DNA from: Candidatus Shapirobacteria bacterium
GTDB lineage: Bacteria > Patescibacteriota > Microgenomatia > UM-FILTER-40-11
Length of the DNA: 64,000 bases
Assembly (NCBI GenBank): GCA_020059745.1
Contig: JAGVBK010000002.1
Location: 2,414 to 66,413 of the forward strand
Reading direction: 5' to 3'
The notes beneath the pieces are model-generated. The model was given only the letters and a program-made list of their open reading frames with translations, was not told where the DNA came from and ran no database searches. The stretch's first letter is position 1; each line of letters opens with the position of its first letter. This document shows, piece by piece, positions 37,130 through 45,649 of the stretch. Made by a program: the position numbers and the translations under genes.

Positions 37130-37974
37130 TACTCAATCCCTCCTCCCGAATACAGCAAATTATCAAAAATTGCCGGAGTTGAATCATAAAGCTGGCATTC
37201 TTCATACCTTTTTGTCACCCCAGACTCTTCAATCGTAGCCGTAACCGGAAAACAGGAACCCTGAACAGGTATGTTTCCGCTACTCCTAAGGCCAACGGGC
37301 TTGGCGGTAGCATTGAATAAAAGCCTGGCTTTAACCATGTATTTTGTTCCCGAAGGAGGAGTAATTGTGGGCGAGCAAAAAGCAAAATTCTGACCGCCAA
37401 ATTCATAATCGCTGCAAGAACCGTTAGCGCTAAAGTTCGTTTGGCTTGACCTTCTGGTGCTGTTTGGGTCATAAACATATCTTTTTATCTTAAAAGACCC
37501 ATCGTGGTAAATTAAAGTAACTTCAAGAGCCGGAGTGGTAGAAGACGAAGCGGATTCGCCGCTTTCCCCCCAGTAAAACCTGAAAGTGCCATTGTAACTT
37601 ACGCTGGTATCAATATTACCGTCGCTATCATGCCCCACAAACCATACCGTAATTGGCTCATTGGCTTTAACTTTACTTGGGTAAACATACTCGGCACTTA
37701 AACCTAAATCGTTTCTTTGAACCACATAATTAACACCGTTAAGGGTCCCGGAAACAGCCGAATTTGACCTGATTGCTTTTTCCAGACCTGCTTGTGCAAC
37801 CCACAAAGCCCTGGCGGATTCTTGTGACTGTTGGGAAATTTTAACGTCAGTAATGGAACGGGAAACCAAAGAAAGGCCGACCGTAAGAATAACTGCAATT
37901 GCCAAAAGAAGAATTAAAACCGCTTGTCCTTCCTCTTTTTTATTTCTTTTAATTAAATAGGGCAGTCTGCTCAT
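37129..37974 (-). CDS. PilX/GspK-like minor pilin
   Basis: G|QAVLILLL..AQAGLEKA. Confidence 0.75.
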   Translation of the reverse strand: MSRLPYLIKRNKKEEGQAVLILLLAIAVILTVGLSLVSRSITDVKISQQSQESARALWVAQAGLEKAIRSNSAVSGTLNGVNYVVQRNDLGLSAEYVYPSKVKANEPITVWFVGHDSDGNIDTSVSYNGTFRFYWGESGESASSSTTPALEVTLIYHDGSFKIKRYVYDPNSTRRSSQTNFSANGSCSDYEFGGQNFAFCSPTITPPSGTKYMVKARLLFNATAKPVGLRSSGNIPVQGSCFPVTATIEESGVTKRYEECQLYDSTPAIFDNLLYSGGGIE

Positions 37975-38013
37975 CTAAAAAAAGTTTAGATTAAAATTAA
38001 AATCAAGTCAATG

Positions 38014-38511
38014 CTAGTAGTTTCTGGTAACGACTTCGCTTTTAAAATTTATGGTTGATTTTTCTTCCGGCCTTAAACCTGTTCCTTTATTGCCGATTGA
38101 AAAGTTAATGACCACTCTCGTCGGTTTTCCGGGAGAAGAGGTGCAGGAAAAACTGCAGCTTTTAACCGCAACATTTGAACCTGTCAAACTGGCTGAGTTT
38201 GAACTGATTTTTCCTTCTGCCGTGTTGCAGACAAAATCGATTAATTGGTTGTTCAAGTCAGTAACCCTAATAGTCGTTGAGTTGGGGCAGCTGACCGAAA
38301 GAGAGTTTAAAATCATACCTTGCATCACAGAAAGGGCATAGTCGCCATTTTGCCGGACTTCTTTAGTAATTTCCGCCTTGCTGTTTGCTTTCATAGTGGA
38401 AAGAAGAAAGCCGGAAACAATTACCCCTACCAAACCAAGCATGGAAATAACCACTATCATTTCCATAAGGGAATAGCCTTTGTTTTCTTTTAATTTTTTA
38501 ATTTGAAACAT
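38014..38511 (-). CDS. Prepilin-type minor pilin (PilW-like)
   Basis: KG|YSLMEMIVVI; ATG 38511. Confidence 0.8.
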   Translation of the reverse strand: MFQIKKLKENKGYSLMEMIVVISMLGLVGVIVSGFLLSTMKANSKAEITKEVRQNGDYALSVMQGMILNSLSVSCPNSTTIRVTDLNNQLIDFVCNTAEGKISSNSASLTGSNVAVKSCSFSCTSSPGKPTRVVINFSIGNKGTGLRPEEKSTINFKSEVVTRNY

Positions 38512-38950
38512 GGGTATCAAAATGCAGTGAATACTCATAACTTCTGCTGTTGCAGTCAGAACCCGCCCCTTTATCTGCCCAATAAATATCAACAGAGATT
38601 TTCACCAGCTTGGCAGAACTTATATCGGGGGTACTTGCCGGCAAGGAATTATAGTCATTGAATAGGCTTGATTTAATACAGTAACCAGTATTTGAAGTAT
38701 CAACCGGGTAATTGTAGGTGGATTCTGGAGACGGAACTAAATTCCAAAAAGCCGCCGGGTCAGAATATCTTGAATTAACAATACTTGCAATTTTTTTCTG
38801 GGCCAAAGCGGTGGCTTCAGTCTGATCTCCCGAAAATCTGGTCGTTTTTACCGCCGTGCTGGTGGAACGAATAAGGCCAACTGCCACCAAAGAGGCAATT
38901 GCCAGAGCAATGATTACTTCCCACAACGATTGTCCTTTTTGCTTAGCCAT
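38498..38950 (-). CDS. Prepilin-type minor pilin (PilV-like)
   Basis: KG|QSLWEVIIALAI. Confidence 0.8.
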   Translation of the reverse strand: MAKQKGQSLWEVIIALAIASLVAVGLIRSTSTAVKTTRFSGDQTEATALAQKKIASIVNSRYSDPAAFWNLVPSPESTYNYPVDTSNTGYCIKSSLFNDYNSLPASTPDISSAKLVKISVDIYWADKGAGSDCNSRSYEYSLHFDTHVSN

Positions 38951-39433
38951 TTATTCTCCCTGAATGTAAATAGCCCCTCCCGGGTCAACTACCACCACCT
39001 TTTGTTTACCGAAACCGCTTACCGTCAGATTGTTTCCACCCGTCATACTCACACCCTGCCTTAAAACCTTAAAAGAAGCTGAGGTAAAACCGGTTAAGCT
39101 AACCCCGGAAACACTGCCTGTTTTTATCTCTGAACCAGAATAGGCAGGGGTGCAAACCGGGATAATAGTATATGCTTTAGTGGTGTGATTAATTGAAAAC
39201 ATGTAGGCATTTAAAGTGCCGCAACCGCTTGAAGGCTTTTGGTTGTTGGCTGCCAAGCTTTGAGCCATCCTTAAGTCCTGAACAATCTTTTTTGCCGCCT
39301 GGTTAACAATTTGGGCACGGTTAAAGTCAATGTATGAGGCAATGCTGACCGAAGAAACAATGGCGGTAATTGAAATAACTATTAAAAGTTCAACTAAGGA
39401 AAACCCTGGGCAGTTTCGATGATTTCTCTTCAT
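38951..39433 (-). CDS. Prepilin-type minor pilin (FimT/U-like)
   Basis: PG|FSLVELLIVI..VQDLRMAQ. Confidence 0.82.
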   Translation of the reverse strand: MKRNHRNCPGFSLVELLIVISITAIVSSVSIASYIDFNRAQIVNQAAKKIVQDLRMAQSLAANNQKPSSGCGTLNAYMFSINHTTKAYTIIPVCTPAYSGSEIKTGSVSGVSLTGFTSASFKVLRQGVSMTGGNNLTVSGFGKQKVVVVDPGGAIYIQGE

Positions 39434-39447
39434 TATTCACAATCACT

Positions 39448-39879
39448 CTAGGGATTACTTAATTTGTAATTGCAAGCAGCTGTGCCGCAATTACCACCAC
39501 AATCACAAGTTCCCTGGGTAGCGGAAAGGGTTTCAAGATAAGCACAAATGCAATAGGTATTAGCACTAATAAAATTGTATCGATATTGGTATGTAGGAGA
39601 AAGTGTGTCTTGTGGAACTAATTGCATGTAAACATCCGTGCCTGCAGAAAAGGACGAACCAAAAGGAAAGCTATCGCTTGCATAATAAGTCTTAAGGTCA
39701 TTTCTGTAGATTTCCAAAGCACTTCTTATTTGCTCCAAGTCTGCTTTTCTTTTTGAGTCCCTGGCGCTTTTTCTTGCCTGGCTAAAGCCAACGAAAGAAA
39801 CACCGATTAAAACCCCGATAATGGTTATTACTACCAAAAGTTCGATAAGGGAAAATCCCTTGTTTTTTTCCTTTTTCAT
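39448..39879 (-). CDS. Type IV pilin/GspG-like protein
   Basis: KG|FSLIELLVVI..ARDSKRKADL; ATG 39879. Confidence 0.88.
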   Translation of the reverse strand: MKKEKNKGFSLIELLVVITIIGVLIGVSFVGFSQARKSARDSKRKADLEQIRSALEIYRNDLKTYYASDSFPFGSSFSAGTDVYMQLVPQDTLSPTYQYRYNFISANTYCICAYLETLSATQGTCDCGGNCGTAACNYKLSNP

Positions 39880-39880
39880 T

Positions 39881-40333
39881 TTAGAAAGGACAGGTTGCAC
39901 TTGACGGCGCCGAGTTTCGGTTTCCGTTCCTACCGTTTGAGCAAATAACATAGTATGTTTTTGAAGATGTTTTCTCAAGCTGAGCTGCCAAAACATAACC
40001 TGTTGAATTTGAATAGCAAAGATAGTTGCGACCAGAAACAGGATCATTGAGACAAACTCCGGAAAGATAAGTATCCTGAAACCCGCTGACCCCGCAAAGG
40101 TTAGTAATGGCTCCACTTGCAGCAGGGTAATTTGAATTATTGGACGAAGCGTAGTTTTCAAGAGCAATACGGTATTGATTAAGGTCCGATTTCCTGGTTG
40201 TATCCCTGGCTCCTTTTTCTGCAGTCATGTACCTCGCTGCCCCGAAACCCACTAAAATTGCAATTATGGAAATCACTACCAAAAGCTCAATTAGGGTAAA
40301 ACCTTGGGCGAAGATATTTAATCTTTTAATCAT
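39881..40333 (-). CDS. Type IV pilin/GspG-like protein
   Basis: QG|FTLIELLVVI..ARDTTRKSDL. Confidence 0.88.
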   Translation of the reverse strand: MIKRLNIFAQGFTLIELLVVISIIAILVGFGAARYMTAEKGARDTTRKSDLNQYRIALENYASSNNSNYPAASGAITNLCGVSGFQDTYLSGVCLNDPVSGRNYLCYSNSTGYVLAAQLEKTSSKTYYVICSNGRNGNRNSAPSSATCPF

Positions 40334-40376
40334 ATTTTGTTCCCTAATACATAATACTTAATAGATAATACGAGCT

Positions 40377-40856
40377 TCATGGTTCTGTTACCTCATATTT
40401 AAAACCGCTTTCGCAACTGGAATCTGCAATCCCATCCGGATCTGATGCATTTTCCAAACAAGCTTTAAGTGTATACATTAAACTATTGGTATCATTACGG
40501 TCATAGATATAATCAGAGCTGTCAAGGGGATCTACCGGCACTGATTTCATATAGTCTCCGCTTTGGAGAGCTTCAGACCAACCCGAATCAGGATAGGAAT
40601 TATTATCCTGTTTATACATTTCCAGAGCATTCTTTATTTCCTTAAGATCAGCTTTTCTCTTGCTGTCTCTGGCTCTTTCTCTGGCACCGGCAACATTGCT
40701 GATAAGAAGGGTGGTAAGTATCCCCAAAATGGCGATAACAACCAGAAGTTCAATCAAAGTAAAACCGCTCTTTGAACCATGAACATTGAATAATGAACGA
40801 TGGGAAAATTGTTTCTTATTGGTTACTTTATTCATGGTTCTTTGTTCATAGTTCAT
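40377..40856 (-). CDS. Type IV pilin/GspG-like protein with repeat-derived leader
   Basis: SG|FTLIELLVVIAILG..ARDSKRKADL. Confidence 0.88.
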   Translation of the reverse strand: MNYEQRTMNKVTNKKQFSHRSLFNVHGSKSGFTLIELLVVIAILGILTTLLISNVAGARERARDSKRKADLKEIKNALEMYKQDNNSYPDSGWSEALQSGDYMKSVPVDPLDSSDYIYDRNDTNSLMYTLKACLENASDPDGIADSSCESGFKYEVTEP

Positions 40857-40873
40857 TGTTCACAGTTCCCGGT

Positions 40874-41305
40874 TCACGGACTTGTATTCGAGCTTGATAC
40901 TCCAAAATTATATTCTTGTGCATTGCAAGTAAAGGGGCCGCCTATATTCTGATCTTCCGTATTTTCCAGTCTAGCATAAATTTGATAGGAGGTTCCATTC
41001 GGGCCAAGGATATAACAATACGGGGGGTTTTCAGTTGGGTCAGAAGGAATAAGTTTCATGTAAATCGTCTCTCCGTCCCTAAGTTCCGAACCCCAATTTC
41101 CTTGTATTTCTGGATATTGTCTATGGTCATTAAAATACATTTCCAAAGCTCTTTGCAGTTGTTGTAAATCTGATTTTCTTTTGGCATCTCTGGCTTTTGC
41201 CTGGCTTGCCCTAAAACTGGATAACCCGATAACCGAAAGTATCCCCAAAATGGCGATAACAACCAGAAGTTCAATCAAAGTAAACCCTTTTTTATTTTTT
41301 ATCAT
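40874..41305 (-). CDS. Type IV pilin/GspG-like protein
   Basis: KG|FTLIELLVVIAILG..ARDAKRKSDL. Confidence 0.88.
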   Translation of the reverse strand: MIKNKKGFTLIELLVVIAILGILSVIGLSSFRASQAKARDAKRKSDLQQLQRALEMYFNDHRQYPEIQGNWGSELRDGETIYMKLIPSDPTENPPYCYILGPNGTSYQIYARLENTEDQNIGGPFTCNAQEYNFGVSSSNTSP

Positions 41306-41929
41306 TTAATCTCCAACATAAGTACATTCATTCACGCCAGCTCCACATCGTGTTTCACAAAAGTCAATGACATCATATTTTGGATCACAAATATAGTCTT
41401 CGGTAATCGGGCGGCAGACTCCATTAAAACATCCATAAAAACCGGTTTGGGAACCGGCGGAAGTAGGAACAAGATTTAAATTTGGGCTAGTAACAAAATA
41501 ATTTGTTTCCTCGATAAAGCTTCCCATAGATTCATTTTCCAGCGTAGCATAGACAACGAAATATTTGCAATTATCTGGCTCAGGTCTTTCGTACGGATAA
41601 GGTTCATTAGTCAGGGGATCACAGGGCATTCTTTTTATATAAGGGTCAAACTCAGCAGAAACAGTGCAACCTGTAGAATATATAGCAGCAGGATAGCAAC
41701 CATGGTCTCCGGCATAATCTTCTAAGGAGGTGGCAATTTTCTTTAAGTCCGACTTTCTTCTGGCATCCCTTCCTTTGCCTATTTGGATACTGGGGTTAAT
41801 TGATAGGGCAACTAGCAAAGCCAAAAGTCCTACCACCGTAGCCACAATTAAAATTTCAATAAGAGTAAGACCTTTTTCTTTTTTTAAAAAAGCAGTTTTT
41901 CCAAGGTTTTTATTATCTTTTCTCCCCAT
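41306..41929 (-). CDS. Type IV pilin-like protein with Cys-rich C-terminus (start uncertain)
   Basis: KG|LTLIEILIV..RDARRKSDL. Confidence 0.82.
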   Translation of the reverse strand: MGRKDNKNLGKTAFLKKEKGLTLIEILIVATVVGLLALLVALSINPSIQIGKGRDARRKSDLKKIATSLEDYAGDHGCYPAAIYSTGCTVSAEFDPYIKRMPCDPLTNEPYPYERPEPDNCKYFVVYATLENESMGSFIEETNYFVTSPNLNLVPTSAGSQTGFYGCFNGVCRPITEDYICDPKYDVIDFCETRCGAGVNECTYVGD

Positions 41930-42648
41930 AGGTAAGACAGAGTAGTGCCGAAAACCAAAAAGGGACCAAAAGCTATTGGTTTTCCGAATTTAGCTTTCTT
42001 AACTAAAATTAGTATGATACCCAAAAAAGCGCCTGTCAAGAAAGCAATATAAAAAGCTATGACCACTTTGGGAAATCCCAATACCAAACCCATTAAAAAA
42101 GACAGCTTCACATCCCCAAACCCCATTCCCTTACCCTTGGTAATCAAAAAAAGCGAAAGAAACAGTAAGAAAGAAACTACTGCCGAAGGCAGGTGGTTAG
42201 TAACCAGTAACCAGTAATCAGTAACAAGATAATAAATAAAATAAATCAGACAAAGAGGAAGAACAATTTTATCCGGAATTATCTGGTGTTCAAGATCTAT
42301 AAAAAAGATAACTATCAGGCCGGAAAATAAAATTAGAGATAGAATCAGACCAATTGTACTAATTTGTCCAATTTGACTAAAAACCAAGACAAAAAATCCC
42401 GCCGCCAGCAGCTCAACCAGCGGGTAACGCCAAGAGATAGGGGAGTGGCACTGCCGACAGAGGCCTTTTAAAATAAAAAACGAAAAAAGAGGAACATTGT
42501 CAAACCAGGAAATTTTTTTTCTGCATTTAGGACAAAAAGACCTTTTAAAAACAAAAGGTATATTCCGGGGCAGACGATAGATAAGAACATTTAGAAAGCT
42601 TCCAATCGACAGTCCGAAGAATGCTAAAACAAAAAAAAGAACAAGCAT
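41884..42648 (-). CDS. pilD: Prepilin peptidase PilD
   Basis: GSFLNVLIYR, CPKC..CRQC, YPLVE, FIDL, GMGFGDVKL, AFGPFL. Confidence 0.95.
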   Translation of the reverse strand: MLVLFFVLAFFGLSIGSFLNVLIYRLPRNIPFVFKRSFCPKCRKKISWFDNVPLFSFFILKGLCRQCHSPISWRYPLVELLAAGFFVLVFSQIGQISTIGLILSLILFSGLIVIFFIDLEHQIIPDKIVLPLCLIYFIYYLVTDYWLLVTNHLPSAVVSFLLFLSLFLITKGKGMGFGDVKLSFLMGLVLGFPKVVIAFYIAFLTGAFLGIILILVKKAKFGKPIAFGPFLVFGTTLSYLWGEKIIKTLEKLLF

Positions 42649-42682
42649 AGATAATATTTTAAACCATTTAGAAAAAACAAAA

Positions 42683-42709
42683 ATAGACAGGCCTTTAAGA
42701 CCTGTCTAT
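42683..42709 (-). terminator. Intrinsic terminator downstream of the major pilin
   Basis: ATAGACAGG..CCTGTCTAT stem followed by TTTTGTTTTTT on the minus strand. Confidence 0.7.
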
Positions 42710-42725
42710 CTTGTAATCAAAATTC

Positions 42726-43295
42726 TTATGGCAAACAGGAATAATAAGTTTCACCATCCCCCTCTGGATCACAAATGTTTGCACTGGCAGCAGTTAAATC
42801 GTCTGGTAATCCGGCGGTGCATCTGTCTTCCGCCTCGTCTTCAAAGCTTGCCGATTGGGGGTCAAAACAAATATAAGTTGAGTCTCCTGTATCTCCCCCA
42901 TTGTAAACATAAAGAGTGTTGTATTCGGTTTGGGAAATTCTGTCAACAAAAGAAGCTTTAATTTCTCCTGTACCTGCCTCTGAAAGCTTGTCTAAAACTG
43001 CATCCGAGCCGCCGGAATCAAGCCAAGCTTCGTCAACTGCCGTCCAAGCCTGAGCATCAGCACCGTCGTTTGGCGAGATTTGCCAAGGATAGTAACCTTT
43101 GGTGGTGTAGTACCTGTCAATGGCGGAAAGCACTTGCTCAGCGTCAGATCTGCTTCCTGTATCTTTTCCTCTGTTAATTTGTTCAATTGGGTTAATAGCC
43201 GAAAGAACTGCCACTGCCAAAATACCCAAAACCGCGATAACAATCAAAAGCTCAATCATGGTAAAACCTTTAGAAAGTTTTTTCATTTTTCTCAT
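42726..43295 (-). CDS. pilA: Probable major type IV pilin
   Basis: KG|FTMIELLIVIAVLG; extended SD GAAAGGGGGTGA; own terminator. Confidence 0.8.
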   Translation of the reverse strand: MRKMKKLSKGFTMIELLIVIAVLGILAVAVLSAINPIEQINRGKDTGSRSDAEQVLSAIDRYYTTKGYYPWQISPNDGADAQAWTAVDEAWLDSGGSDAVLDKLSEAGTGEIKASFVDRISQTEYNTLYVYNGGDTGDSTYICFDPQSASFEDEAEDRCTAGLPDDLTAASANICDPEGDGETYYSCLP

Positions 43296-43335
43296 TTTCA
43301 CCCCCTTTCGGCTTTAGGTTGGTAGTAAAGACTAA

Positions 43336-44541
43336 TTAAAATTGGCTTGTCAAGTTGTAAATCGGCATGATTATGGCAATAACCATAAACCCGACTCCCA
43401 CACCCAGCAATACCATTATTAGAGGTTCTATAGCACTTGTCAAGCCTTTGAGAGATTCCTCTGACTCCGACTGGAAATACTTTGAAACCTTAAGCAAAAC
43501 CTCGTCCATCTTCCCGGTTTCTTCACCAACAGAGATCATTTGGCTGACAATTTGAGGAAAAAGTGGGTTCTCGCCTATGGCCTCTGAAAGAGGCAGTCCT
43601 TTTTCAACCTGCTTATTGGCAACCATAATTCCTTCCTCAATCATGACATTGTCGGCAGCTCCGGCTGATATTGTCAAGGCCTCAATAATAGAAACTCCGG
43701 CACCGACAAGAAGGCCGAGCGTCCTGGTAAGCTCTGCCAGGATAACATTGGTATGAAGGGTTCCGAAAATCGGAATTCTAAACTTAATCTGGTCGATTCT
43801 TCTTTTGCCTTCTTTCTGTGAACTTACCATCCTGTAAAGATAAGAAGCTCCAACAATTCCGACTAGAAACAACCACCAGAAATTTACCATGAAATTGGAA
43901 ATGCTGATTAGTATCTCGGTTGTCTGGGGAAGCTCAGCGTCAAACTCTTCATAAAGAGAAGTAAGCTTAGGGATAACGAAAATCATCATAATAAACATAA
44001 CCACAACCATGCCGGAAATAACTATTGCCGGGTAAATCAAAGCGCCCTTAACTTTGGCTTTGAACTCACGCTGCGCCTCAAGGTTATCCGCTAGCCGGTT
44101 TAGAATATTGTCTAAAACTCCGGCTGATTCGCCTGCCTTTACTAAAGCAATGTAAACTGAAGAAAAAATCTTCGGAAACCTGGCCATTGAGTCAGCCAAA
44201 GTTGAACCGCCCTCAACATCCCTTAGAATCTCTGCCGCCGCCTTGTTTACCTCAGAACTTCCTTGGGATTTTAGAATTAAAAGAGCTTCAGTTAGGGGAA
44301 GGCCGGCATTAATCATTGTTGCCAGCTGCCTGGTAAATGTTGCCACCTCGGCAACTGAAGTTTTTTTGAAAAACTTTTTGAAAAGATATTCAAAAAAGCT
44401 TTCGTTCTTTTCTTTTATTGAAAAAGGGTAGACATGCTTTTCCTTAAGAATGGCGATTGCTTGTTTCTGGTCGCGGGCCTCAACATCACCGGCAACATCG
44501 TTTCCTTTAGCGTCTTTTGCTCGATAAGTGTAAGTGGCCAT
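43336..44541 (-). CDS. pilC: Type IV pilus platform protein PilC (T2SSF)
   Basis: FTRQLATMINAG, AGESAG.LD, ALIYP, VGEETG, IEP. Confidence 0.95.
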   Translation of the reverse strand: MATYTYRAKDAKGNDVAGDVEARDQKQAIAILKEKHVYPFSIKEKNESFFEYLFKKFFKKTSVAEVATFTRQLATMINAGLPLTEALLILKSQGSSEVNKAAAEILRDVEGGSTLADSMARFPKIFSSVYIALVKAGESAGVLDNILNRLADNLEAQREFKAKVKGALIYPAIVISGMVVVMFIMMIFVIPKLTSLYEEFDAELPQTTEILISISNFMVNFWWLFLVGIVGASYLYRMVSSQKEGKRRIDQIKFRIPIFGTLHTNVILAELTRTLGLLVGAGVSIIEALTISAGAADNVMIEEGIMVANKQVEKGLPLSEAIGENPLFPQIVSQMISVGEETGKMDEVLLKVSKYFQSESEESLKGLTSAIEPLIMVLLGVGVGFMVIAIIMPIYNLTSQF

Positions 44542-44542
44542 T

Positions 44543-45607
44543 TTAAAGCTTCTTCAATAACCTGGAAACTTCTTCCGGCCTTAAAGCAAAAAGCCTAGCT
44601 GTTTCCATGGTAATTGCCCCCTCATTAACCAGTTTAACCAGGGAAGATTCAAGGGTAGACATTCCTAAAGAGCCGGAAGTCTGAATTATGTTGTCAATCA
44701 TGTGTGTTTTTCCTTCTCTAATCGCGGTTTTTACTGCAGCCGTGGCAATCATTACCTCGTGAGCAAGTGTTCTCCCTTCTTCGATGGTAGGAAGCAGCCT
44801 TTGGGAAAAGACCGCCTCGAGACAGGTAGAAAGCTGAATCCTAACCTGGTTTTTTGATTCTTCAGGGAAAGCGTCAATAATTCTGTCAACTGTTTGAGAA
44901 GCAGAATTGGTATGCAAGGTAGAAAAAACTAAATGCCCGGTTTCAGCAATGGTCAAAGCTGCTGAAATTGTGTCGTAATCTCTCATCTCACCAATAAGCA
45001 CCACATCAGGATCTTCCCTTAAAACAGACCTAAGCGAAGCTACCCAAGAATGGGTATCAAGCCCAAGCTCTCTTTGGGAAACTAAAGCTTTGTTATTTTG
45101 GAATACAAACTCAATCGGGTCTTCAATGGTAATGACATTACAGGAACGGGTATTAACAACTTCATTGATTATTGCTGCCAGGGTAGTTGACTTTCCATGT
45201 CCGGTCGGCCCGGTTACTAAAACAAAGCCTTGCTTAAGTTTTGCAAATTCATGACAAATACTTGGCAACCCCAAATCTTCAATGCTTCTTATCTTCATGG
45301 GAATAAAACGGAAGGCTCCGGCCAAGGTGCCTTTCTGGTTATAAATGTTTACCCTGAACCTTCCCTGGCCAGCCAACTCAAAGGAAAAATCAATCTCTTT
45401 GTTATTGATTAAAAGCTCTTTTTGCTCTTCCTGAAGAATTGAAAAAATCAGGTTTTCCGCATCTTTATCTGTTAAAACACCAAATTCATTTAAAAAGCGA
45501 AGCTCGCCGTGAATTCTTAAACAAGGAGGAACACCAACTACCAAATGCAGATCTGAAGCTTTTCTTTCAATTGTCAGGGCAAGTAAGGTCTTTATGTCTG
45601 TGGTCAT
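44543..45607 (-). CDS. pilT: Twitching motility ATPase PilT
   Basis: ASDLHL, TGPTGHGKSTT, TIEDPIE, LREDPD, AETGHLVFSTLHT, AIREG. Confidence 0.96.
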   Translation of the reverse strand: MTTDIKTLLALTIERKASDLHLVVGVPPCLRIHGELRFLNEFGVLTDKDAENLIFSILQEEQKELLINNKEIDFSFELAGQGRFRVNIYNQKGTLAGAFRFIPMKIRSIEDLGLPSICHEFAKLKQGFVLVTGPTGHGKSTTLAAIINEVVNTRSCNVITIEDPIEFVFQNNKALVSQRELGLDTHSWVASLRSVLREDPDVVLIGEMRDYDTISAALTIAETGHLVFSTLHTNSASQTVDRIIDAFPEESKNQVRIQLSTCLEAVFSQRLLPTIEEGRTLAHEVMIATAAVKTAIREGKTHMIDNIIQTSGSLGMSTLESSLVKLVNEGAITMETARLFALRPEEVSRLLKKL

Positions 45608-45649
45608 AGATACCTCTATAAAAATAGTAAACTAATAAACATTTTTTTT

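Noticed and set aside
39880-40167. Long N-terminal extension of the pilin ORF 39448..40167
   Set aside because: Overlaps the upstream pilin in another frame; the prepilin leader begins at ATG 39879.
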